A stretch of DNA of 37,806 nucleotides from a virus (lineage: Duplodnaviria > Caudoviricetes), in the IMG/VR virus record IMGVR_UViG_3300037484_000721, positions 1 to 37,806 of that record; one strand, written 5' to 3'. The notes under the pieces were generated by a model. It did not search any database. It was not told the origin of the DNA and saw only the letters and a list, made by a program, of their open reading frames with translations. The translations under genes were made by a program, and so were the position numbers. Below, piece by piece: positions 7,916 to 16,134 of the stretch; within the stretch, counting starts at the first letter, position 1, and each line of letters starts with the position of its first letter.

Positions 7916-8322
7916 TTTCGCCTCTTGGTGACAAGTGCGTCATAGAGCTTGTCGAGTTTTTCATTCACCGGGGCGAAGCCTTTGCTCATCTCGTCGCGAA
8001 TGTTCTTGTGTTCGGTCTTCGCTTCATCTTTCGACTCGAATGCCCAGCCGTGTTGCGCGCTGAAGATACCGAGTTGGCTGAGCGCTGTTATCGCGGCCCC
8101 CATGGCTGCGATAAATCCGCAGATGGTGACAACCATCGTAACGAGCGACCGCCTGTCTCGGCGCGACATGGTTTCGTCGATCACCTTGATCGCGGTCTGT
8201 GTGCGGCTTGACTCGGCGTAAATGTCGCGGATCATGCGCTCGCGCGTAACGTCGCCGGCACTGTCCCAGGTATGCTCTGCCTCTTCGCGGATGCGCTCGA
8301 CCGTGGGGCGACGTGCGGTCAC
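7912..8322 (-). CDS. Single-pass membrane protein (lysis-associated?)
   Basis: Central TM segment LVTMVVTICGFIAAMGAAITAL flanked by helical regions. Confidence 0.6.
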   Translation of the reverse strand: MTARRPTVERIREEAEHTWDSAGDVTRERMIRDIYAESSRTQTAIKVIDETMSRRDRRSLVTMVVTICGFIAAMGAAITALSQLGIFSAQHGWAFESKDEAKTEHKNIRDEMSKGFAPVNEKLDKLYDALVTKRRK

Positions 8323-8681
8323 AACGAAGCCTCAATCACCGTGATCCGAAAGTTCATGTCAGCCGCGACGCCGCCAGCGTCCCACGCGCGCAGCTCGATC
8401 GAGTCGTCATCGACGTACGCGACGCCGTACATTATCGGCGTGCCGGATTCGGGCGCTACGATGGTGGCCATCTCGTTTTCAGCGATGGCCGTGTTTAGGT
8501 CGATTTGCCAGTGGCCAGTGCCGATATGGGTGCAGCCCGAGATTCCGACGTCGAACGTGATAGCGCAGGTGGCGCCGACTATGCGGCCGTGTACCGGGGG
8601 TGGTGACGCGCCGCCCTCGACCATTCCATAGTTCGCCCCCAGCGCTGCGCCGAGCACGGACAACGTAAGCAGGACCTTCAC
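8319..8681 (-). CDS. Signal-peptide protein with a tail-fibre C-terminal-like beta domain
   Basis: MKVLLTLSVLGAALGA leader; GISGCTHIGTGHWQIDL...SIELRAWDAGGVAADMNFRITV resembles fibre-tip modules; 2 Cys. Confidence 0.65.
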   Translation of the reverse strand: MKVLLTLSVLGAALGANYGMVEGGASPPPVHGRIVGATCAITFDVGISGCTHIGTGHWQIDLNTAIAENEMATIVAPESGTPIMYGVAYVDDDSIELRAWDAGGVAADMNFRITVIEASL

Positions 8682-8935
8682 CGAGACACCAACGCGGTCT
8701 CGTCATCGACGCGCAGGCCGTCTGCGTTGGCCGTTACAACGCTGGTGTCATCAATGACGAACGCTTTATGGTGGTGCACGCCAAAAATTGTGGCGTCGAC
8801 TATGGCAATGTCGTCGATTACGTTGACGGCGATTTCGTTCATCGGGATGACGGTCGCGGTGAGCACAAGTGAACGACGCGGCGGCGAGGCGTGCGCGGTT
8901 ATGCACAGTAGAGCGGTAGCAGCTACTAGCCTCAT
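8678..8935 (-). CDS. Signal-peptide protein (85 aa)
   Basis: ATGA coupling at 8935; MRLVAATALLCITAHA leader with AxA cleavage site. Confidence 0.6.
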   Translation of the reverse strand: MRLVAATALLCITAHASPPRRSLVLTATVIPMNEIAVNVIDDIAIVDATIFGVHHHKAFVIDDTSVVTANADGLRVDDETALVSR

Positions 8936-9720
8936 GACCCTCCGGCGCACAGGCAGTTGTCTGCCGTAGCGTCGGTGCATGCGACAGGGTTTGATCCACC
9001 CGCGGCGTCTATCGCAAACCCCATAACGCACGCGCTGGTGCACGTTGTATTACATGCCGCGTCTGCTCCGGCGACGATCGACCAGCCGATGGAGCTCGTG
9101 GCGGTACTCACAAACGTGCTGGTGATTGATATGTTCTCGGTTGCGTCAACGGTCATGCAGACATCGGTTGACGCTGGCGAAGCTTCCCAGCACACAGACT
9201 TGGCGTTTTCCAGGCGCACAACCCCACTGTCGGACGGGTCGGTGTTGCCAACAACGACCGCTGTATCACCGCCGCTGCGAGTGAATTCGAACACCTCGTT
9301 GTCTGTGACTTTTAAGCTGGCCTCAGCCGACCCCGTGGGCGCGGCCTCCCATGAGATCGAGGTCTCGGCTTCGAGACGGATGACGCCGAAGTCGGCAGGG
9401 TCTGTGCCGATGGCAATACCACCCACCCCGGTGAACGCTACAAGCTCTCCGGTCGTGAGGCCTACGCAAACATCGGTGCCGGCTGGTGAGGCCTCCCAGC
9501 AAATATTAGTCGCATTCTCCATGCGAATGTCGCCGGCGTCGGCAGGGTCTGTGCCGAACGAGATGATCTGCGCCACCATGTCGAGCGTACTCGTTGCGGT
9601 ACCAACCCACCCTCCGCCGCCCTGAATCAGCCCGTAATTCGGCGACATCTGTGCTTGCACAGCGACGCCGATAAACACGGTAGCGAACACCGCCGAGGCG
9701 ATTATCAAAGCCCTGCGCAT
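8932..9720 (-). CDS. Signal-peptide, Cys-rich repeat protein (fibre/spike-like)
   Basis: MRRALIIASAVFATVFIGVAVQA leader; three about 50-aa TDPxDxGxxRxE...WEA repeats; six-Cys C-terminal domain. Confidence 0.75.
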   Translation of the reverse strand: MRRALIIASAVFATVFIGVAVQAQMSPNYGLIQGGGGWVGTATSTLDMVAQIISFGTDPADAGDIRMENATNICWEASPAGTDVCVGLTTGELVAFTGVGGIAIGTDPADFGVIRLEAETSISWEAAPTGSAEASLKVTDNEVFEFTRSGGDTAVVVGNTDPSDSGVVRLENAKSVCWEASPASTDVCMTVDATENISITSTFVSTATSSIGWSIVAGADAACNTTCTSACVMGFAIDAAGGSNPVACTDATADNCLCAGGS

Positions 9721-9723
9721 TGG

Positions 9724-10200
9724 CTACCCGCCCACAATCGCGGACCAATCGACGGTCACGAGGTCAGTAGCCCCGGCCGACGCACCACCAAGCAGCACCT
9801 TAGCTGCGCGGCAACCCTGAATGTCGTACTCGAGCATGATGTCCGCGCTAGCGCCGCCAGTTGTGTACGTGTCGGTGACAATCGACACCGCACTTGCACC
9901 AGCGGTAATCGAGCGGCTCGTTAGGCTCGCGTAGTTCGTGCCGTCGATGGAGCAGGAAAATACGGCAGTGACGGTTGACGCAGCGGCCCAGGTGAAGAAC
10001 ACCGACACGCGCCATTTGGTGAAGGGGCTCGGGCTTGTGGGGCTGCCGAAGACGGCAGTGACTGTGCGTGTCGCAGCGGAGGCGTTTAGCGCGACGCCAG
10101 AGAGGGCGTTGTGGCTGTCGACGACCATTGCCAGTGGGGCGTTTGCGGCCGAGGCGATCGACGCGGTGAGGGTGAAAAGTACTGCGGCTAGAATGCGCAT
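9724..10200 (-). CDS. Signal-peptide beta-rich protein (decoration/spike-like)
   Basis: MRILAAVLFTLTASIASA leader; all-beta pattern with FSCSIDGTNY; 2 Cys. Confidence 0.7.
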   Translation of the reverse strand: MRILAAVLFTLTASIASAANAPLAMVVDSHNALSGVALNASAATRTVTAVFGSPTSPSPFTKWRVSVFFTWAAASTVTAVFSCSIDGTNYASLTSRSITAGASAVSIVTDTYTTGGASADIMLEYDIQGCRAAKVLLGGASAGATDLVTVDWSAIVGG

Positions 10201-10222
10201 TGGGTGAGGCTCCTGTTAGCGG

Positions 10223-12382
10223 CTATTGTTTGCCGCCAGCGAAATGCATGGGCGGTTCTTTTGGTTCGAGGCGTGTAGCAACGGCGTCTCTGGCGCCGAG
10301 GCCGGGGAGCGAGGCCGACACGATCAGTGCATTCATGATTCGCGGCGGGATGGCTGAGCCTGTGGCAAGGCCGAGCTGTACCTGTATCGCCCGATGGATC
10401 GTCTCAAGCCCTGCCGGCGTTGATGCTGCGCGGGCAAGGGCGCGGTCGTTGTTCAAGATCGACTTCGCAACAGACCAAGCCTTCGATACCATGCCGCCCG
10501 CATTGCCGGCTGCTTGGTCGAGCGCCTGTAGCGCGAGCGGTGTCGATTGCGCACCACGAAGACCGGGCCCCACTGACGCGCGCTGCAGGACCTGCATGGC
10601 CTGCTTCAGAGTCGCAAGTGCCTTGTTGTCGCCAGCATAGAGCGCGCGAAGCTTCGGCTCCATCTTTACGAGTTGGCCTAGCGCCTGCCCTGGCTTTAGC
10701 TCGGCGGCGCCAATCTCTTTTGCTATGGACGCGCCGCGCTCTGGCTTGCCTCCTCTGACCAGCTGATGCTCGAGCACCTGCGCACGAAATTGCTGGGCCG
10801 TGGCCGGATCGGTCTTGGTTACCACCTTCATCACGCCAGTAAGTTGCTCGTCAGACATGGTCATTATGCGATCGACAAGTGTGTCGCCCGCCTCGCCGCC
10901 GCCGACCTTCATGACGCGATTGAGTGCTTCGAGCGGAAGCTCTTCGATGGCTTGCGAGTGCGCCCTGTATACTTGCTGGGCCTTTCGCAGCGCTATGATG
11001 CCAGCGTCGGCTATCGGCCCCGTCTCGGCAACAGAGTCCAAAGAGCGGTTCAGTATCTCGGACATTTTCGAGGCCACGAACCTGCGCTGTGCGATTGACA
11101 TGTCTTTAAGGAGATCGCCTGTGCCGTCTGCCTGCTGGCCCCATTTCTCTGCGAGTGCGCGGACCGTTTTAACGCTAGCGAACCCGCCTCTTGTGCTATC
11201 GGTTAGCGTCTCGAGCGTGCTCTTGAGCGCCGCAACGGATGGCTGAAACGGCCCTGGTGAGCGTTCGATCTCGGACATCACGAACGAGGTAAGTTCATCG
11301 ATTGGTGCGATCTTTTTGTCGCCAAGCAGTGTGTCGGCCTCTTTATAGTGCGGCCCGGCGGCCTCTTGCCGCACTGCCCTGAGCGAGATCATGTGGCGAT
11401 CGACGGCGTCGGCGAAACTCCCGGCAACGTCTGCCTTGCCAAGCTTCTCGGGGTTCGCCGCGATGCCGTCTGTGATGTGGTCGAGAAATTTTGCCGTGTT
11501 CTTTAGGCGGTCGGACCGCATGGATTGCGCGCCGCGCATCGACTTTGGGGATTGTAGTGCCAGCGACTCAGCGAGCGCGGCGGATGGATCGCCGGTGGCC
11601 TCTGCTGGCGAAAACCTGAAAGGCTTCCCCAGCGCCTCCGACATGTCGTCTTGAAGCCTCACGCTGTCGGCATAGAAGCTCTTCACTGAGCTTTCCTTGC
11701 CGATGTCGGAGATCTCATCGCCACCGCCGGCGACTTTCCGCGCCAGGTTCTCGACTGCGCCGCTTGGTAGTTTCTGTCTGCGGGTGAGTTTGTTGTACGC
11801 GGCGCCAGCGCCACGCATCGCGCCGTACCCTGCGCCACCGGATATGGCGCCAACAGCGGTGCCGATCGCCGTGTCTTTTGCTGCGCCAGCGACATCGCCT
11901 TTTGTGATGTCCGCCTTTGAATCACCGAGCCCGGCTGCTGCACCATACGCGGCACCAACGCCAATAGCACGGCCAAGCGTAACGGGCGCCGCACCGGGAA
12001 CGATGGCCGTTGCAAGACCTCCACCGATCTGACCCGCCGTATAGGTTGCCGGATTGGCCTGCTGCGCTGCCTCGTTAGCCTCGCGAGACTCGTCACGCTC
12101 CATGCGGTACCGCACGCCGTAGCTCGGTTGATTAGGTAGCCCGAAAAAGGCGTCTCCGAGCTTGCGTCCAGCGGCTGTCGCTGCGCCGACGAATTCATCA
12201 GCAAACCCGACGGTTGCGCCCTGGGTGGCTCCGCGCGCGAAAGACTCAATCCCCGTAGGCTTCGGCTTGGGCGCCACGAACCCCATCGCCGCGTCGAGGT
12301 CGTCGAGCGAGTCGGCGCCGCCATCGGGCTGCCCAACGGCGAAGCCCATCGCAGCGTCAAGATCGTCCAGGGCCGCGCTCAT
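10223..12382 (-). CDS. Putative DNA ejection (internal virion) protein, largest
   Basis: 719 aa, Ala/Gly-rich membrane-active N-terminal region; third of three large genes after the tail genes, as in P22-like podoviruses. Confidence 0.65.
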   Translation of the reverse strand: MSAALDDLDAAMGFAVGQPDGGADSLDDLDAAMGFVAPKPKPTGIESFARGATQGATVGFADEFVGAATAAGRKLGDAFFGLPNQPSYGVRYRMERDESREANEAAQQANPATYTAGQIGGGLATAIVPGAAPVTLGRAIGVGAAYGAAAGLGDSKADITKGDVAGAAKDTAIGTAVGAISGGAGYGAMRGAGAAYNKLTRRQKLPSGAVENLARKVAGGGDEISDIGKESSVKSFYADSVRLQDDMSEALGKPFRFSPAEATGDPSAALAESLALQSPKSMRGAQSMRSDRLKNTAKFLDHITDGIAANPEKLGKADVAGSFADAVDRHMISLRAVRQEAAGPHYKEADTLLGDKKIAPIDELTSFVMSEIERSPGPFQPSVAALKSTLETLTDSTRGGFASVKTVRALAEKWGQQADGTGDLLKDMSIAQRRFVASKMSEILNRSLDSVAETGPIADAGIIALRKAQQVYRAHSQAIEELPLEALNRVMKVGGGEAGDTLVDRIMTMSDEQLTGVMKVVTKTDPATAQQFRAQVLEHQLVRGGKPERGASIAKEIGAAELKPGQALGQLVKMEPKLRALYAGDNKALATLKQAMQVLQRASVGPGLRGAQSTPLALQALDQAAGNAGGMVSKAWSVAKSILNNDRALARAASTPAGLETIHRAIQVQLGLATGSAIPPRIMNALIVSASLPGLGARDAVATRLEPKEPPMHFAGGKQ

Positions 12383-13947
12383 TTACCACCCACGGCGGCG
12401 CCCGAGGTTAGGTCTTGCGTACCTCTACTTGTGTCCGCCAGGCCATGCGCCTGCAGCCCCACCTCCAAGATGCCGGCTTGCTTTTTTGAGAGCCCGAATT
12501 GAGCCCGGACCTTATTTGCGGCGGCTTTGGGAGAAAGCCCCTCGGCCATGAGTTTCTTTGCGGCGACACCGGGGGTGAGTCCGTTGACCACCGGCACCAC
12601 CGGCTGTGGGCCTTTCGTCTTCTCTGGGTTTGGCTTCCGCTCCTGCTGCGGGACCGTTGGCGCGCGGCCTGCGGCGTTTTGTCGGTTGGCGACGCCCTCG
12701 ATGTCATCGGCTAGGCCAAACGGCAGTACTCGATCCGGCGCGATGCCGGCGTCCATGGCCTTTTGGCGGAGGCCCTCGACCACTGGAGCTGCGTCCTTCA
12801 TCCTGTCGCGGTAAATGCGCGAGGCCTCGGCCTTGATTCTTTCGAACGTCGGCCCATCCATCTTGTCGCCCTTGAAGAATCGCTGGTACGCGTTGAAAAA
12901 CTTCCCAGCATCGCCGCCAAGCGTTGAGGCCGCCTGATAGTCGCCGTCAGTGACGCGCCCGCCGGGGTCGAGTATGTTCATCATGCCGTAGATCGTCGTC
13001 AGGTGACCGACCGAGTCGTCTGTCGCGCCTCGGATCTTGGAGTAGGCCGTAGCTGTGGCTTCTGCCGCCTTAAAGCGGGGATCCTTCTGCGCCATCTCGT
13101 AAAGCTTCTCAGCGTCGGGCGCCTTCACCTCGACACCGAGGCCCTCGGCCCTGGCGCGAGCCGTTGCGAGATCTGGCGGCACTTCGATGGGTCTGTCGTC
13201 GCCCGCGATTGTTACGCGCGTTCCTGGAACCTGAACGCCCATACTCGCGGCGTCTGCCTCAAGGGCGTCGGCTGCCGCTGGATTACGCCGCACCTGGCGC
13301 CCAGCTTCGAACTCGAACGCAGCCTTGCGTGCCGCCTCGTCTGCCTGCTCCTTGGTCGTCGCTGCGCCACCTGGTCCAATGAGGCCCTGCATTATTTTTT
13401 GATGCTCGGGCGTCCCGGGCTGAACGTTGTACGCCTCGGTTACCTTGCGAGACATCTCGGTAGGGTCGCCACGCTTCTGCTGGTGAAGCATTGCTGCGAG
13501 CTGCTCCCTGCCGGCAACCTCTTGCCCCATTCTCCCCATGGATGCGCCGTAGCGCTCGGCCTCTTGCTGCATCTGCGGCACGAGATCTGGGGCAGTGTTC
13601 GCGTCGGGACTTTGTGGCGCGTCGCCCCCGGGCACCTCGAAGCGATCGAACATCTTCTGATTTTTGTAGGCGTAGTCGACGAGCGATTGCCGCTGCGGGC
13701 CTTGCGCCGAGAGGATCGCCTTCTGGAGGTTTGCAGTGCGAGCCGCGCGCAGGGGCGCCTCTTCGATCTCGCTCTTCTGCTGGGCCGTCTCGTAACGCGC
13801 AGCCTCGGTAGCGTCCTGCTTCTCGGCGCGCTCGCGCTGCCACTTGTTGTCGGCTTCCTGCTGCTCGCGCTGGTGCTTACGGTCAGCCGCCTGCTGGCTG
13901 GACCCGTAGGACTGCATAAAGATTTGGCCGAGATCGAGAAGGTTCAT
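12379..13947 (-). CDS. Putative DNA ejection protein, middle
   Basis: ATG at 13947 (MNLLDLGQIF) in ATGA coupling; helical Q/A/E-rich; LDPGGRVTDGD motif. Confidence 0.65.
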   Translation of the reverse strand: MNLLDLGQIFMQSYGSSQQAADRKHQREQQEADNKWQRERAEKQDATEAARYETAQQKSEIEEAPLRAARTANLQKAILSAQGPQRQSLVDYAYKNQKMFDRFEVPGGDAPQSPDANTAPDLVPQMQQEAERYGASMGRMGQEVAGREQLAAMLHQQKRGDPTEMSRKVTEAYNVQPGTPEHQKIMQGLIGPGGAATTKEQADEAARKAAFEFEAGRQVRRNPAAADALEADAASMGVQVPGTRVTIAGDDRPIEVPPDLATARARAEGLGVEVKAPDAEKLYEMAQKDPRFKAAEATATAYSKIRGATDDSVGHLTTIYGMMNILDPGGRVTDGDYQAASTLGGDAGKFFNAYQRFFKGDKMDGPTFERIKAEASRIYRDRMKDAAPVVEGLRQKAMDAGIAPDRVLPFGLADDIEGVANRQNAAGRAPTVPQQERKPNPEKTKGPQPVVPVVNGLTPGVAAKKLMAEGLSPKAAANKVRAQFGLSKKQAGILEVGLQAHGLADTSRGTQDLTSGAAVGGK

Positions 13948-15146
13948 CCGCTCACCGCGCTTTTGGCAGCCAAGCCGCCAGCCGGGCCGCCGAAGTATGT
14001 ACCGGCAGCCATTGCGCCAAGGCCAAGCAACTGCTGCCCCATGCTCGGTCCTGATTGCGTTGGCTGCGGTGCCAGCCCACCAATGACCGACTGCGCCAGG
14101 CCCGTGTTGAGACCTGCGCCCTGCATGCCGACGCCGGCCAGCTGCTGGCCCTGGCCTGACCAAAGTTGCCCGAGTGACTGGCCCTGGCCTGTCGCCAGGT
14201 TGGACATGTTTTGCCCATACTGTTGTGCGAGACCGGCTGCCTGCTGGCCGTATTGTTGCGACAGGCCAGACGCCCCCTCCCCGCGCTGCTGTGCGAGGCC
14301 AGACGCCTGTTGCCCATGCTGTTGCGACAGCCCGGCTGCCTGCTGGCCGTATTGTTGCGACATGTTGGCGGCGTTTTGACCGTACCCCTGGGCGAGCTCT
14401 GCCTGTTGATATGCACGGCCGAGACTGTTTTGGTCGGCGGCGCCTGCAAGGCCAATCTGGCGCTGCGCGTAGTTGTTGTACTCTTGCGAAGCGAGGCCTT
14501 GCCCATGCTCTTGGAGCGCCTTGAGCGTGTCGCCACCCATACGTCCGCCACGGGCGGCAGACGACTGCATGATCGCTTTTTCGCCCTCAGCAAGGCGAAA
14601 CTGATAGCCCGGATCTGTCTCGAATCCGGCGGCAAGCCCCCCGCCGTAGAGGTCGCCGAGCCTATCCGGCGCCTTCGCGATGTCACCGCGTGCGGTGTCA
14701 TACCCAGAGCCGAGCTGTTGCCCAGCTTGACCGTACCCAGAGCCGAGCTGTTGCCCAGCTTGACCGTACCCCTCGCCGAGGCGCTGGTCTGCTTGGTCGT
14801 ACCCTGCCCCTAGCTGCTGTCCGGCTTGCGCGTACCCGCTGCCGAGCTTTGCGCCCGCTTGATCGTTAGCTTTTTGCGTGGCGCTGGTTGCTGTATTGTA
14901 GTAATCGCCAAGCGCTAGGGCCGCCTGCTTGTTCCCGCCCGAGATGTCTTGGCGCGCGCGCAGTACATCCTGATAGTTGGATGACTTCTGAGCGTCGGCC
15001 GCGGCTGCTTGTTTTTTCTGAGCGGCCTTAATCTGCTTCGCCTGCTCGTCGCGCGCGGATTTCCCCGTCACGCTGTCGATGACCTTATCGCCGCCGTCGA
15101 TTTTCCATTTGCTTGGATTGGTTATGTTCTTGAAGCTAAAGCCCAT
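13944..15146 (-). CDS. Putative DNA transfer/pilot ejection protein (P22 gp7-like position)
   Basis: DPGYQFRLAEG...AARGG..GG.TLKAL...GQGLASQEY motif; 11-aa G/Q repeats. Confidence 0.75.
   Translation of the reverse strand: MGFSFKNITNPSKWKIDGGDKVIDSVTGKSARDEQAKQIKAAQKKQAAAADAQKSSNYQDVLRARQDISGGNKQAALALGDYYNTATSATQKANDQAGAKLGSGYAQAGQQLGAGYDQADQRLGEGYGQAGQQLGSGYGQAGQQLGSGYDTARGDIAKAPDRLGDLYGGGLAAGFETDPGYQFRLAEGEKAIMQSSAARGGRMGGDTLKALQEHGQGLASQEYNNYAQRQIGLAGAADQNSLGRAYQQAELAQGYGQNAANMSQQYGQQAAGLSQQHGQQASGLAQQRGEGASGLSQQYGQQAAGLAQQYGQNMSNLATGQGQSLGQLWSGQGQQLAGVGMQGAGLNTGLAQSVIGGLAPQPTQSGPSMGQQLLGLGAMAAGTYFGGPAGGLAAKSAVSG
14701..14771. repeat. Perfect 33-bp tandem duplication within the ejection gene (GYGQAGQQLGS)
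   Basis: TACCCAGAGCCGAGCTGTTGCCCAGCTTGACCG at 14701 and 14734. Confidence 0.9.
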
Positions 15147-15265
15147 CGGGGTACCTCGTTAGATCTGTGTGAATCACCGCCGCACCGCATCGGCCACTGG
15201 TCCCGCCCATGTCGGCAAGCCGGCGCATCAGGTCACCACCAAGGCGTTATTGTGTGCGCGCGTCG

Positions 15266-15892
15266 TTACCATACGGCCTCCGCGAGAACCTGTGTTATCG
15301 TCCAGGCGGCCGACGCGCCGCCGTTAACAGAGAGACCAACGTACGAGCCGCCAAGCGCGGAGTTGTCGAAGGCGGCGCTAGTGCCCTCGGCCGTCTCGGT
15401 GTAGTTTGTGGCGAAACCAGTGACGCCACCATTATGGGCAAGCTGGATCGTGCCCTGGATAACGCCTGATGCGCTGACGCTTCTCACGGTCGCGAGGATG
15501 GTGACCACACCGACATCTGCCGCCGCTGTTTGTGCCGACCCGGTGATCTGGTGCCGAGCCGTGTCAGCCGTTGTCCGGTTCGCGCCAATCCTGATCGAAT
15601 AGATAGGTGTCGCTGTACCTGCCGCGGTCTTAGATGCGCTTAGCGTCCATGTAAGCAACGTCTTTGCCTGAAAGCCGAACGATGGGATAAGGATGTCCGA
15701 GTTTGTGACGTAGGTATCGGAAGAGAACCCGGCCCCCTGGCTGGCGACGGCGGCGTTGTGTGAGCGCCCCCAAATACGCCCAGCATCGTCTTTGGTAAAC
15801 CACTGCGGCGATGTCGAGTCCGGCCAGACCACGCCATAACCAGACGCAGGCGTTGCAGGGACGCTCTGTTCTGCGAATCGCGCGCGTGCCAT
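15266..15892 (-). CDS. Virion structural protein (tail/fibre-like)
   Basis: Ala/Thr/Gly-rich beta protein in the tail module; ATPASGYGVVW N-terminal motif. Confidence 0.6.
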   Translation of the reverse strand: MARARFAEQSVPATPASGYGVVWPDSTSPQWFTKDDAGRIWGRSHNAAVASQGAGFSSDTYVTNSDILIPSFGFQAKTLLTWTLSASKTAAGTATPIYSIRIGANRTTADTARHQITGSAQTAAADVGVVTILATVRSVSASGVIQGTIQLAHNGGVTGFATNYTETAEGTSAAFDNSALGGSYVGLSVNGGASAAWTITQVLAEAVW

Positions 15893-16134
15893 TAGACCAC
15901 CACCAGGATGCCGTCGCCTTCAGCGGTGATCTCTTCCGTGCCTAGCAAAATGAGCTCCTCAGCGTGGACGCCGAACTGGTCGGTGCCGATGACAAAACTC
16001 CGCCCAGGCGCCTTGTCAGCAACGTAGGTGGATGAAATTGTGCGCGCGATGATCTGTAGCCAGCGGTGAAAATCACCGGCGATACGGCCACCAGCTTCGG
16101 CGACAACTTGCGTGTATTGGAGCGGTGCAATCAT
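15892..16134 (-). CDS. Small tail-associated protein
   Basis: Coupled to the gp10-like gene. Confidence 0.6.
   Translation of the reverse strand: MIAPLQYTQVVAEAGGRIAGDFHRWLQIIARTISSTYVADKAPGRSFVIGTDQFGVHAEELILLGTEEITAEGDGILVVV

Noticed and set aside
13003-14379. 458-aa plus-strand ORF
   Set aside because: Antisense shadow of the ejection genes; no motifs, typical of GC-rich DNA.
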